This document shows positions 51,232 through 61,570 of a stretch of DNA of 64,000 nucleotides, piece by piece (the stretch's first letter is position 1; each line of letters begins with the position of its first letter). The stretch comes from Eledone cirrhosa (taxonomy: Eukaryota). The translations under genes were made by a program, and so were the position numbers. The stretch lies in NCBI GenBank assembly GCA_964016885.1, contig OZ024742.1:247070001-247134000 (forward strand), given 5' to 3'. The notes under the pieces are model-generated. The model had not been told where the DNA came from. It made no database searches and worked only from the letters and a program-made list of their open reading frames with translations.

Positions 51232-54200
51232 ATGACCTCACTCAGAATAGGCAGCATAAATGCGCGTGGCTTGGGGTCGTCATGGAAGCAGGGTCACCTG
51301 CTCAACGACCTCAGGTCACTAAACATAGATGTAGTGGCCATCAGCGAGACCAGAATCTCCGAAGCACGGGCCTTCGCACCGATCTTCGGCGGCTACGATG
51401 TGTACGCATCTCCCAGCCGTCCTGGATCGGGTGGAGGAGTTGCTGTGCTTTTTCGGAGAGGTTTGGATCTCGCCATACGGGCCATCTTCCTGGACCCAGA
51501 GGGTAAGCTGGTGGTGCTGGACGTGACCAGCGGAGACGGGCAAGCTTTCAGGCTAGTGGCCGTCTATGCCCCGACAGGAGCAGGGCGGCCTGATTTCTTC
51601 CGGCGTCTGGAGACCTTTCTTGGAACGTCGCGCTCTTTAGTGTTAGTGGGCGACTGGAACGGGATCTTAGATGCACGCTGGGACTGTGTGGGATTAGCGG
51701 ATAGGGGTGGAGGGTGCAAGAGCCTCACCAACCTGCTCAGGCGTTTTGAACTGTCTGACAGGTACCGATTGGATTTCCCGAATGTGCCAATGTGGACTTG
51801 GACAAACCGCATAGGGTCATCCAGATCATATCTAGATAGAGTATTTTGTAGGGAAATAGATAGGTCTAGCATAGGCTGTCCACAATTCAAGATAGTCAGC
51901 TACACGGACCACAAATTCGTGATCTGTGTGCTTGACTTAGATAGGCTTCATAGACGAGGACCCGGCTACTGGAAGCTAAACGCGTCCTTACCAGCGCGCA
52001 AGGCCTACAGAGACCGGATTAGCGAACTAGTTAAGCGGGCGTTGACGGGGGCCATCGTCAACAACAAGTGGTGGTTTGCTCTGAAAAGAGCGATTAGAAT
52101 AGAATCGATTAGGTTTAGTAAGGCTTTAGCAATAGAGAAAAATAGAGCAGAGGGAGAACTAGTTAGAAAATTAGACGAGGCGCTTAGCAAAGGCATTGCG
52201 ACCGACGTGCTTGCGGCGAAATTGGCCCTTGACCAATTCTTCAATGCAAAGCACGAAGGCTGCGTTGTCAGAGCTAGGGTGCGTGCTCTCAGACACGAGG
52301 GGACGAAAGCCGTTCAATGGGCCCGAGTGGCGGAGGCGCGTCGTGGCAACAAAGCCACGATCCGGTCTTTGGTGGACCACGACGGGCGCATGCTACTCGA
52401 TCCCGGGCAAATGTGTGAAGCTTTTCAGCGACACTTCGCTCAGCTGTTCGGGGGCAGCGGGGGGCCGGGTAGAGGGATGGACTTTAGTGTCTACCTCGAC
52501 GGACTGCCGCGGCTCTCGGCCACTGAGGCGAAGTGTTGCGAAAAGCCGATAACAGCCGCTGAAGTAAGGGAGGCAATGACTGGCTGCACAAGGGGTAAAT
52601 CGCCTGGTTTGGATGGTCTGCCCTATGAACTTTACGTACAGATGCCAGACTTGTTCGGAGGCCTCTTGGCGGACGTCTACTGCAACTGGCAACAGAACGG
52701 GAGAATTCCCAGTTCTGTGAGCCGAGGAGCGGTGGCACTGCTGAGAAAGGATCCGAACAAGGGGGATAACATAGACAATTTCCGGCCCATAACTCTGCTA
52801 AACACAGAGTTTAAGATTTTGGCCAAGGTGCTAGCAAAGAGGTTGGCGCTTGTCGTTGGTGGTCTGGTGGGAGAGGCGCAGACATGCGCCATTCCCGACA
52901 GATCCATCCACGACAACCTCCACCTCATGCGATACATCGTAGAGAGGGTAGCTAGGGAACCTGGCACGGGTGGGTCCTTGATCAATTTAGATCAGTCGAA
53001 AGCTTTCGATAGGGTCGACCATCGTTACCTAGCGGCAGTCCTGAGGGCGGCTGGCTTTGGGCCCGTCTTCAGAGGCTGGATCGCTGCCATGCACAGCGAC
53101 ATCTGCTCTGTGGTGAGAGTGAACGGTCACCTGTCGGAACCGTTCAACATCATGCGCTCGGTCCGCCAAGGATGTCCCCTCTCGTCCCTCTTGTACGTAT
53201 TGACGCTCGAGCCATTACTGCACAAACTGGAGACGTTGAGGGGAGTCCCGCGCGAACTAGGATGCGGAAGATCCGTGTCAGCATATGCGGACGATGTCAC
53301 CGTAGTGGTGTCGAACGCCAAACACATCGAGGCGATCGGCACTACACTAAGAGAATACGAAGCGGTGACAGGAGCAATGATCAACCAGGAAAAGTCAGTG
53401 GGCCTGCAGCTCGGCACCTGGAGAGGCAGGTCCATGCCGTCCAACAGCGTCGTCGGGCGCTGGACGGACGGACCGGTTAAATTGCTAGGGGTCTGGTTCG
53501 GTCCGGACCTCCAGACGGACAAAAACTGGGACGAGGTGACGAGCAGGGTGGCTTCTCTCACCCAGAAATGGGCGGAGAGGAAGCTATCCCTGAAAGGTCG
53601 AGCGGAGGTGGCTAACGCGTACATCGCGTCTGTCATCTGCTACCGCCTAACCGTCGTACCTTGTCCTAAGCCTCGCCTGACTGCGCTGGAGCGTTTGCTC
53701 TTTCGCTTTTTGTGGAAGGGACGTGCTCCGATGGTCAGGCGGTCCATCTGTTGTCAACACCCGCTACGTGGAGGGCTGGGCATGCCGTGGCTGATGATGC
53801 GCAGGCACGCGCTCAGGCTACGACATCTCCACCTCTTCCTCGACGGTGATCAGGTGTGGTCGCCGTTTGCTAGACGCGTTTTTCCCCAGCTCGTTTCCTT
53901 GACGGAGCTGCAGTCCTGGGTCAAGCGAAGACCGAGAGGGAGCGCCTGGAGACTGGAATGTCTTCAGGCGCTCACAGCCCTCGACCAATCGGGCAATGTG
54001 ATCGGTGGAAACTCCACCTCGGCGTTCTATAGAGGATTAGTGGAGGGGAAGAGCGACGACGTACTTGGGGAAACTCTAGGCGTCGACGAAAATCAACTAG
54101 CCAATCTCTTCGGAAGAACTTTCGGGCCAGGGCCTATGGACAACTTCCAGAAATCTCTGGCCTGGCAGTGCTACCGAGGAGCCTTGCCAGTTCGGGATAA

Positions 54201-54651
54201 ACTCTACAGGCATGGAGGTGCCGTCAGCCGGGCATGTCCGAGATGCGCGCAGGGCGACGAAACCGTCCTGCACGCACTCGTCCAGTGTCCGAAAATTGCT
54301 GACTTGTGGGTTTATGTCGAACACCTGCTGTCGCGTTTAGGACGGATCCAGCTATCATCTGAGTCTATCGTGAGGATTGCCCCGCCCTCCTCCTTTAGCC
54401 GGGAAGGGCAGGCAGTTTTTATCTGTCTGGTGGCCATGGCGAAAGAGATAGTATGGTGGACACGTTTGAAAGGGCTGAAGACGAGCACTTACCTCTTCGG
54501 TGATGCTCTGATTGACTTTTTCAAATTTCATTTGAAAAGGAAAATCAGAGTAGAGAAGGAAGTGCTCTCTTCCCAGCATTTTGTTGAAAGATGGGTGAGA
54601 GAAGCAAGAATGGCCCGAGTGAATGGGCCGACTCTGAGTATATATCTGTAA
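51232..54651 (+). CDS. Tx1 ORF2 (APE-RT-CCHC), copy 5
   Basis: 1139 aa, motifs intact. Confidence 0.97.
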   Translation: MTSLRIGSINARGLGSSWKQGHLLNDLRSLNIDVVAISETRISEARAFAPIFGGYDVYASPSRPGSGGGVAVLFRRGLDLAIRAIFLDPEGKLVVLDVTSGDGQAFRLVAVYAPTGAGRPDFFRRLETFLGTSRSLVLVGDWNGILDARWDCVGLADRGGGCKSLTNLLRRFELSDRYRLDFPNVPMWTWTNRIGSSRSYLDRVFCREIDRSSIGCPQFKIVSYTDHKFVICVLDLDRLHRRGPGYWKLNASLPARKAYRDRISELVKRALTGAIVNNKWWFALKRAIRIESIRFSKALAIEKNRAEGELVRKLDEALSKGIATDVLAAKLALDQFFNAKHEGCVVRARVRALRHEGTKAVQWARVAEARRGNKATIRSLVDHDGRMLLDPGQMCEAFQRHFAQLFGGSGGPGRGMDFSVYLDGLPRLSATEAKCCEKPITAAEVREAMTGCTRGKSPGLDGLPYELYVQMPDLFGGLLADVYCNWQQNGRIPSSVSRGAVALLRKDPNKGDNIDNFRPITLLNTEFKILAKVLAKRLALVVGGLVGEAQTCAIPDRSIHDNLHLMRYIVERVAREPGTGGSLINLDQSKAFDRVDHRYLAAVLRAAGFGPVFRGWIAAMHSDICSVVRVNGHLSEPFNIMRSVRQGCPLSSLLYVLTLEPLLHKLETLRGVPRELGCGRSVSAYADDVTVVVSNAKHIEAIGTTLREYEAVTGAMINQEKSVGLQLGTWRGRSMPSNSVVGRWTDGPVKLLGVWFGPDLQTDKNWDEVTSRVASLTQKWAERKLSLKGRAEVANAYIASVICYRLTVVPCPKPRLTALERLLFRFLWKGRAPMVRRSICCQHPLRGGLGMPWLMMRRHALRLRHLHLFLDGDQVWSPFARRVFPQLVSLTELQSWVKRRPRGSAWRLECLQALTALDQSGNVIGGNSTSAFYRGLVEGKSDDVLGETLGVDENQLANLFGRTFGPGPMDNFQKSLAWQCYRGALPVRDKLYRHGGAVSRACPRCAQGDETVLHALVQCPKIADLWVYVEHLLSRLGRIQLSSESIVRIAPPSSFSREGQAVFICLVAMAKEIVWWTRLKGLKTSTYLFGDALIDFFKFHLKRKIRVEKEVLSSQHFVERWVREARMARVNGPTLSIYL

Positions 54652-54911
54652 ACTAAAGGTGGAAAACTGGGAGAGGGCACTTGCCTTGGTGGTCAGGGTC
54701 ATTGTGGCTTTTTACTGGGCTTTCTCCACAAATGTCCCTCCGAAGTCTCCCCCCTATTGGGGAATTTTTCATTGTTATTTTCATTGTTATTTTTGTTACA
54801 TCCTCTGTTTTTGTTTTTTTACACGCAGAAATGCCCATTTGTACCGTCCTGCATTGTCCTGCACTGTCCTTAATGTCTACTTTATGTAAACCCTTGTGGT
54901 TAATAAAGAAA

Positions 54912-54957
<46 letters not shown>

Positions 54958-54970
54958 CATTATTATTATT

Positions 54971-55041
54971 AAAATAAAGTACCAGTAATGCATTGGGTAA
55001 TTGCTGGCCTTGTGCCTAAAGTAGAAACAATTATTATTATT
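54971..55041 (+). mobile_element. 3' fragment of the same SINE family as 18027-18210, with ATT tail
   Basis: aaaataaagtaccagtaatg..gccttgtgcctaaagtagaaac matches ~18146-18204. Confidence 0.85.
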
Positions 55042-55370
55042 GGCGACCTACGAAGGAAATCGTATTATCGTGAGCTCCGCAAAGGTTTGTTGTTTTCAGT
55101 TGTTTCAAATTGCAAGTTATGGAAAATTTTTGTCGTTAAGTGTTTATAAGTTCACATATATTGCTTTCTGAAAAGGACACTCAAAAAGATTGAGGCCTTG
55201 AGTCCAAAATTTAAACTTTTATAATTATCAAACAATAACTTTCTTTGAAAAAAACATGGACGACTCACAGCCACACGAAGCTGACAGCCTTCCTCACAAA
55301 CTAACACCTCACACCAACACCACCATTGTAAATATTACTACGTTTGCCAACACTAAACATATAAGCAGTA
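55042..55370 (+). mobile_element. 5' end fragment (5'UTR + ORF1 start) of type-B Tx1
   Basis: ggcgacctacg..gtgagctccgcaaaggtttgtt is an inverted, diverged match to 58672-59002. MDDSQPHEADSLPHKLTPHTNTTIVNITTFANTK matches MANSPLHEAAESLPHKITPHTDTTIVNVTTFANTK. Confidence 0.88.
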
Positions 55371-58300
55371 GCCACCGCTCCTCGACTCATAGAGCTGGGA
55401 ATTCTCCGTTTCTGTTGCCAGTTGCAGTAGACGTCCGCCAAGAGGCCTCCGAACAAGTCTGGCATCTGTACGTAAATTTCATAGGGAAGACCATCCAAAC
55501 AGGCGAAAGCCGCGGCAGTCCGTCGAGGTAGACACTAAAGTCCATCCCTCGATCCGGCCCGCCACTGCCCCCGAACAGTTGAGCGAAGTGTCGCTGAAAA
55601 GCTTCACACATTTGCCCAGGATCGAGTAGCATGCGCCCGTCGTGGTCCACCAAAGACCGGATCGTGGCTTTGTTGCCACGACGCGCCTCCGCCACTCGGG
55701 CCCATTGAACGGCTTTCGTCCCCTCGTGTCTGAGAGCACGCACCCTAGCTCTGACAACGCAGCCTTCGTGCTTTGCATTGAAGAATTGGTCAAGGGCCAA
55801 TTTCGCCGCAAGTACGTCGGTCGCGATGCCTTTGCTAAGCGCCTCATCTAATTTTCTAACTAATTCTCCCTCTGCTCTATTTTTCTCTATTGCTAAAGTC
55901 TTACTAAACCTAATGGACTCTATTCTAATTGCTCTTTTCAGAGCAAACCACCACTTGTTGTTGACGATGGCCCCCGTCAACGCCCGCTTAACTAGTTCGC
56001 TAATCCGGTCTTTGTAGGCCTTGCGCGCTGGTAAGGACGCTGTTAGCTTCCAGTAGCCGGGTCCTCGTCTATGAAGCCTATCTAAGTCAAGCACACAGAT
56101 CACGAATTTGTGGTCCGTGTAGCTGACTATCTTGAATTGTGGACAGCCTATGCTAGACCTATCTATTTCCCTACAAAATACTCTATCTAGATATGATCTG
56201 GATGACCCTATACGATTTGTCCAAGTCCACATTGGTACATTCGGGAAATCCATTCGGTACCTGTCAGACAGTTCAAAACGTCTGAGCAGGTTGGTGAGAC
56301 TCTTGCACCCTCCTTCCCTATCCACTAATCCCACACAATCCCAGCGTGCATCTAAGATCCCGTTCCAGTCGCCCACTAACACTAAAGAGCGGGACGTTCC
56401 AAGAAAGGTCTCCAGACGCCGGAAGAAATCAGGCCGCCCTGCTCCTGTCAGGGCATAGACGGCCACTAACCTGAAAGCTTGCCCGTCTCCGCTGGTCACG
56501 TCCAGCACCACCAACTTACCTTCTGGGTCCAGGAAGATGGCCCGTATGGCAAGATCCAAACCTCTCCGAAAAAGCACAGCAACTCCTCCCCCTGATCCCG
56601 GACGGCTGGGAGATGCGTACACATCGTAGCCGCCGAAGATCGGTGCGAAAGCCTGTGCTTCGGCGATTCTGGTCTCGCTGATGGCCACTACATCTATGTT
56701 TAGTGACCTGAGGTCGTTGAGCAGGTGGCCCTGCTTCCATGACGACCCCAAGCCACGCGCATTTATGCTGCCTATTCTGAGTGAGGTCATGTTGAAAAGG
56801 AGTGGAAAAGATGGGAAAGACCACTTACCTTACTTCTTGTAGGGGAAGGACGGTTTTTCCATCCTTTTCACTGCTTGTGGCCTCCTCAGGAAAGATGCCC
56901 TTATAAATCCTCCTGGAGAGTGCTTGTCGGAAGTCTCCGATGTCTTTGGGGAATTTTTGTTTTAGTGTCATGTACGTTTTCTATGTGATGCGAGTGATTT
57001 GTATGTGTGGAGGTGGTGTGAATTTTGGGGTTGTTGTGTAGTCTTTTTCTGTGATGCTGGTGTTGTGTTGGATGTAGTGTAATAATTGCTTGTTGTTCAA
57101 ATTTAATGCTGTGTAGTGTGTATCGTTTTGGTTGTTTTGTTTTGTTTGCGTTTGTTGTGGGTTTGTTTCTGTCTCGCATTTTGGTGACTTTTGTGGTGTA
57201 GGTGATGGTGCTGTTGGAGTTAATGATGGTGATGGTGTTGGTGTTTGGGTTGATGGGGTTGGTGATGCTGGTGTGGATGGTGGCATATCTGTCCTAACTT
57301 TTTTGTTTCTTAGTTTATTTGTTTCCCTCTGTATTTTGTTTTTGGAGGGGGAAGGAAGAGAATTTTTTTCTTTTTTGGTTTCTTTTTTTTTTCCCGGATA
57401 TCGTTTCCCACTCCTCGTCGTCACAATCTGTCTCCAGTTGTGATAGGCCGGGGAATGGAAAATCCTCCACAGCCGTTAGTTTTGGTTGTGGTGTGGTGGA
57501 TGGTGTAGGCGCTGGTGCTAGTTCTGAAGCGTTGGGTGGTAGTGGTGTTGGTTCTGCTACTGTTGCTGGGGTTGTTGCTGTTATAGTTGCTTCTGTTGTT
57601 GCTGCTACAGTTGTTGCTGCCATCTCTGCTACTGGTGGTGTTGATGGTTGTGTCACTGGGGTGGGTAGGAGAGGTGGCCTCAACCTTTTAGCCTGAGGGC
57701 AGAAAGCCCTTAGGTGGGTTCCTTCACCACAAACGACACACCTAGGTCTTCTGCCCTCGACAATTACCGTGAGGTGGCTGCCGTCAGTGAGGTCTATTAC
57801 CTCTGGGATCTCCTCAATGCTTTTTTGGTCCGCTTGGATCAGGAGCTCCATCCCAGATCCGGACCAGTTTTCCTGCTTTTCTTTTGCTATTGCTATTATT
57901 TTCGTGTTGGCTTCGATGCCGGCGAGGACAACCGCTATTATCCAGGGAATTTCGATGGCCGGTGGAACGTGGGTCACCCTGATCTTTACGAGTCTCTGGC
58001 CACAATAGCTTGGGACGAGTGTGAAGTCGTCACTTTTTAATGGGGCCATGGAGTGTTCTCTAGCCTCCTCTGGTGTTTCAAAGAACACATCCACGGTTCC
58101 ATACTTTTGCCCACGTCTGATGTGGGTTTTTCTTGCCCACACATGTCCCAAAGCTTTTTGGATTTGGGACTCGGATGCCCGTTCCACTCGGCGCGATTTT
58201 ACATTTATTGTTCTATACGACACCGTGCATAGGCGCCGATGCTCCATTTTATTAGGTGGGGGGTGAGGCTGACCCTGTACCCATTTTTCTTTACCATTTG

Positions 58301-59002
58301 TTTGGCATTTTCTAAATCGTCTTGAGTTACCGTGAATGCTTCAAATTGTTTTGCTACTATGGCGAAACTGAGGGTCGGTTTTATAATGTCATTGTTGTTG
58401 TTGTTGCTATCGTTATTTGTGTTAATATTAATTTTAGTTTCAGTTGTGGTGGTGGTGACGTCAGTCGTCTTTGGTGCGGAAGAGTCCATTTTGCTTGATT
58501 TCATTTCGACATCACGAGTTAATTTATTTTTTTCTTCTTTTGTTTCTGTTGTCGCGGTGGTGGTGGGGGTGGTGGTTGTCGCGGTGGTGGTGGTGGTGGT
58601 GGAGGCTTTAACACCTGCAGTCATTGTTAATGGCGGGAAATGAATGTCTGCCTGAGACAAATTTAAAATATTGCTACTGCTTATATTTTTTTTTGTGTTG
58701 GCAAACGTAGTAACATTTACAATGGTGGTGTCGGTGTGAGGTGTTATTTTGTGAGGAAGGCTTTCAGCTGCTTCGTGCAGAGGGGAATTAGCCATTTTTT
58801 TCAAAGAAATTTTTGGATAATAATAAAAGTTAAAATTTTGGGCACAAGGCCCCAATCTTTTTGGGTGTCCTTTTCGGAAAACAATGTATGTGTGCTTATA
58901 AACAGTTAACAATAAAATTTTCCATAAATGGCAATTTTTAACAAACGGAAATAACAAACCTTTGCGGAGCTCACGATGATACGATTTACTACGTAGGTCG
59001 CC
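55371..59002 (-). mobile_element. 5' half of a minus-strand Tx1 copy with type-B 5'UTR/ORF1
   Basis: 5' end ggcgacc follows a long (ATT)n. Frameshifted ORF1 ~58795-56825 with CVVCGEGTHLRAFC. ORF2 from 56790 is nearly identical to the array ORF2, has a small deletion at ~55505, and breaks at RGAVA. Confidence 0.92.
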
Positions 59003-59015
59003 AATAATAATAATA

Positions 59016-59092
<77 letters not shown>
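59003..59092. repeat. (AAT)n tract, ~30 units
   Basis: Directly visible; one agt interruption. Confidence 0.97.
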
Positions 59093-59882
59093 TTAGAGAT
59101 CCACAGACATGGAACTGGTTGAGAAGAGGAGACCTCAAAAAGGCTACAGAAGGAATGCTAATGGCTGCGCAGGAGCAGGCCCTCAAAACGAAGTGGTTGA
59201 AGCACCATATTTACAAGGAGGAGGCTAGCCCACTGTGCAGGATCTGTGGAGAGAGAGAGGAGACTGTGGCTCACATTGTGTCCGAGTGTAAACACCTAGC
59301 CCAGACCCACTATAAGGGCTGGAGACACGATGTGATGGGCAGGGTGATCCACTGGCACCTGTGCAAAGTAAACAATTTACCACATTCTGAGAAATGGTAT
59401 GAGCATAGGCCAGAGGCGGTGATGGAGAACAATCAGGTGAAGGTGCTGTGGGATTTTAGGATACAGACGGACAAAAAACTGGAACACAATAGACCTGACC
59501 TGGTGGTTGTGGACAAGGAAAAAAGATCGTGTCTGATTGTGGATGTGGCCTGCCCGTTCGACACGAGAGTGCAAGAGAAGGAGAGGGAGAAAATCAACCG
59601 ATACCAGGACCTAAAGTGGGAGGTGAAAAGGATTTGGAACTGCCATGAAGTCAAAGTGATCCCGATTGTCATAGGCGCACTGGGGACTATCTCCAAAAGT
59701 TTCCAGGGATGGTTAAAGAAAATCGGCCCCTTCACGCCTTTTGGAACGCTCCAAAAGGCATGCTTGCTTGGAACAGCAAGAACCCTTCGATACGTCCTGA
59801 ATATCTGAGGCTGCAGGTAGTGGCTTGATATTCAATCCAACGGACTTTCCAGTTAACCAACATCAATGACTGAGATTCAAGG
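59093..59882 (+). mobile_element. 5'-truncated R4/Dong-like RLE non-LTR retrotransposon
   Basis: Open 229-aa frame with CRICGEREETVAHIVSEC (CCHC), RHD, RPDLVVVD..IVDVACP (PD..D RLE) and EKINRY; embedded in (AAT)n on both sides. Confidence 0.9.
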
Positions 59883-59891
59883 AATAACAAC

Positions 59892-59965
<74 letters not shown>

Positions 59966-59990
59966 GAAGAAGAAGAAGAAGAAGAAGAAG
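59883..59990. repeat. (AAT)n tail switching to (AAG)n
   Basis: Directly visible. Confidence 0.95.
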
Positions 59991-60089
59991 TTCTAAAGAG
60001 AAGTAGCAGACACAAATTCCTAAGTTCGTGTTATATGTTGAACGACCTAATCATGAATGTAATGTATGCGAAAGATTAAACGATGCAAT

Positions 60090-60173
<84 letters not shown>

Positions 60174-60529
60174 TTTAACAGTATGAAAAGAGTATTAATG
60201 TTTCGGACGCAGGTCCTTCTTCAGAAGATAGAATGAACAATAAATGAAAAAATAGAAAGATAGAGGAGAGTGAGAGATGAAGAGATGAAAAGATTTATTC
60301 TTTTAGAAAAGCGAAAATTTTCAGTCATCTATTTTGGATAGAGAAACTTGACGGAGGCATTTAATGCTAGGTCTATCCAGTTAGTGCTGACGCAGGGTTA
60401 AACAACATATTTATAAGAACATGCGTTGGATTCATCACATACGCTTTCTCTACCTCACAATCGGATGTTTGTCGGTACGTGTGAGAGTGTAAGAGAATTT
60501 GTGAGTCTGTGTCAGAATGTATATGTTAT

Positions 60530-61570
<1,041 letters not shown>

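Larger units (their letters stand above)
24575..54913 (+). repeat. Head-to-tail tandem array of five full-length Tx1-clade retrotransposons
   Basis: Unit starts (gaatgccatgg) at 24575, 30648, 36727, 42806, 48885, i.e. periods 6073, 6079, 6079, 6079. Spacers are (ATT)14, 17, 17, 17. Confidence 0.97.
48885..54913 (+). mobile_element. Full-length Tx1-clade LINE, copy 5
   Basis: Near-identical unit; ATT tail at 54914-54970. Confidence 0.95.

Noticed and set aside
24575-54913. Telomere-maintenance array (HeT-A/TART or SART/TRAS type)
   Set aside because: No TTAGGG/TTAGG repeats, and the array is flanked on both sides by ordinary interstitial repeats. Chromosomal position cannot be seen from this window.
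24575-54913. Array as a pure assembly artefact
   Set aside because: Units carry private and patterned substitutions (copy 1 ORF1 haplotype and CSK, copy 2 KKFF, copy 3 gttcctc, copy 4 GDLR). Exact copy number still needs read support.
55042-59002. DNA transposon with ~330-bp terminal inverted repeats
   Set aside because: The inverted ends are two diverged type-B Tx1 5' ends (UTR + ORF1 start); no transposase is present.
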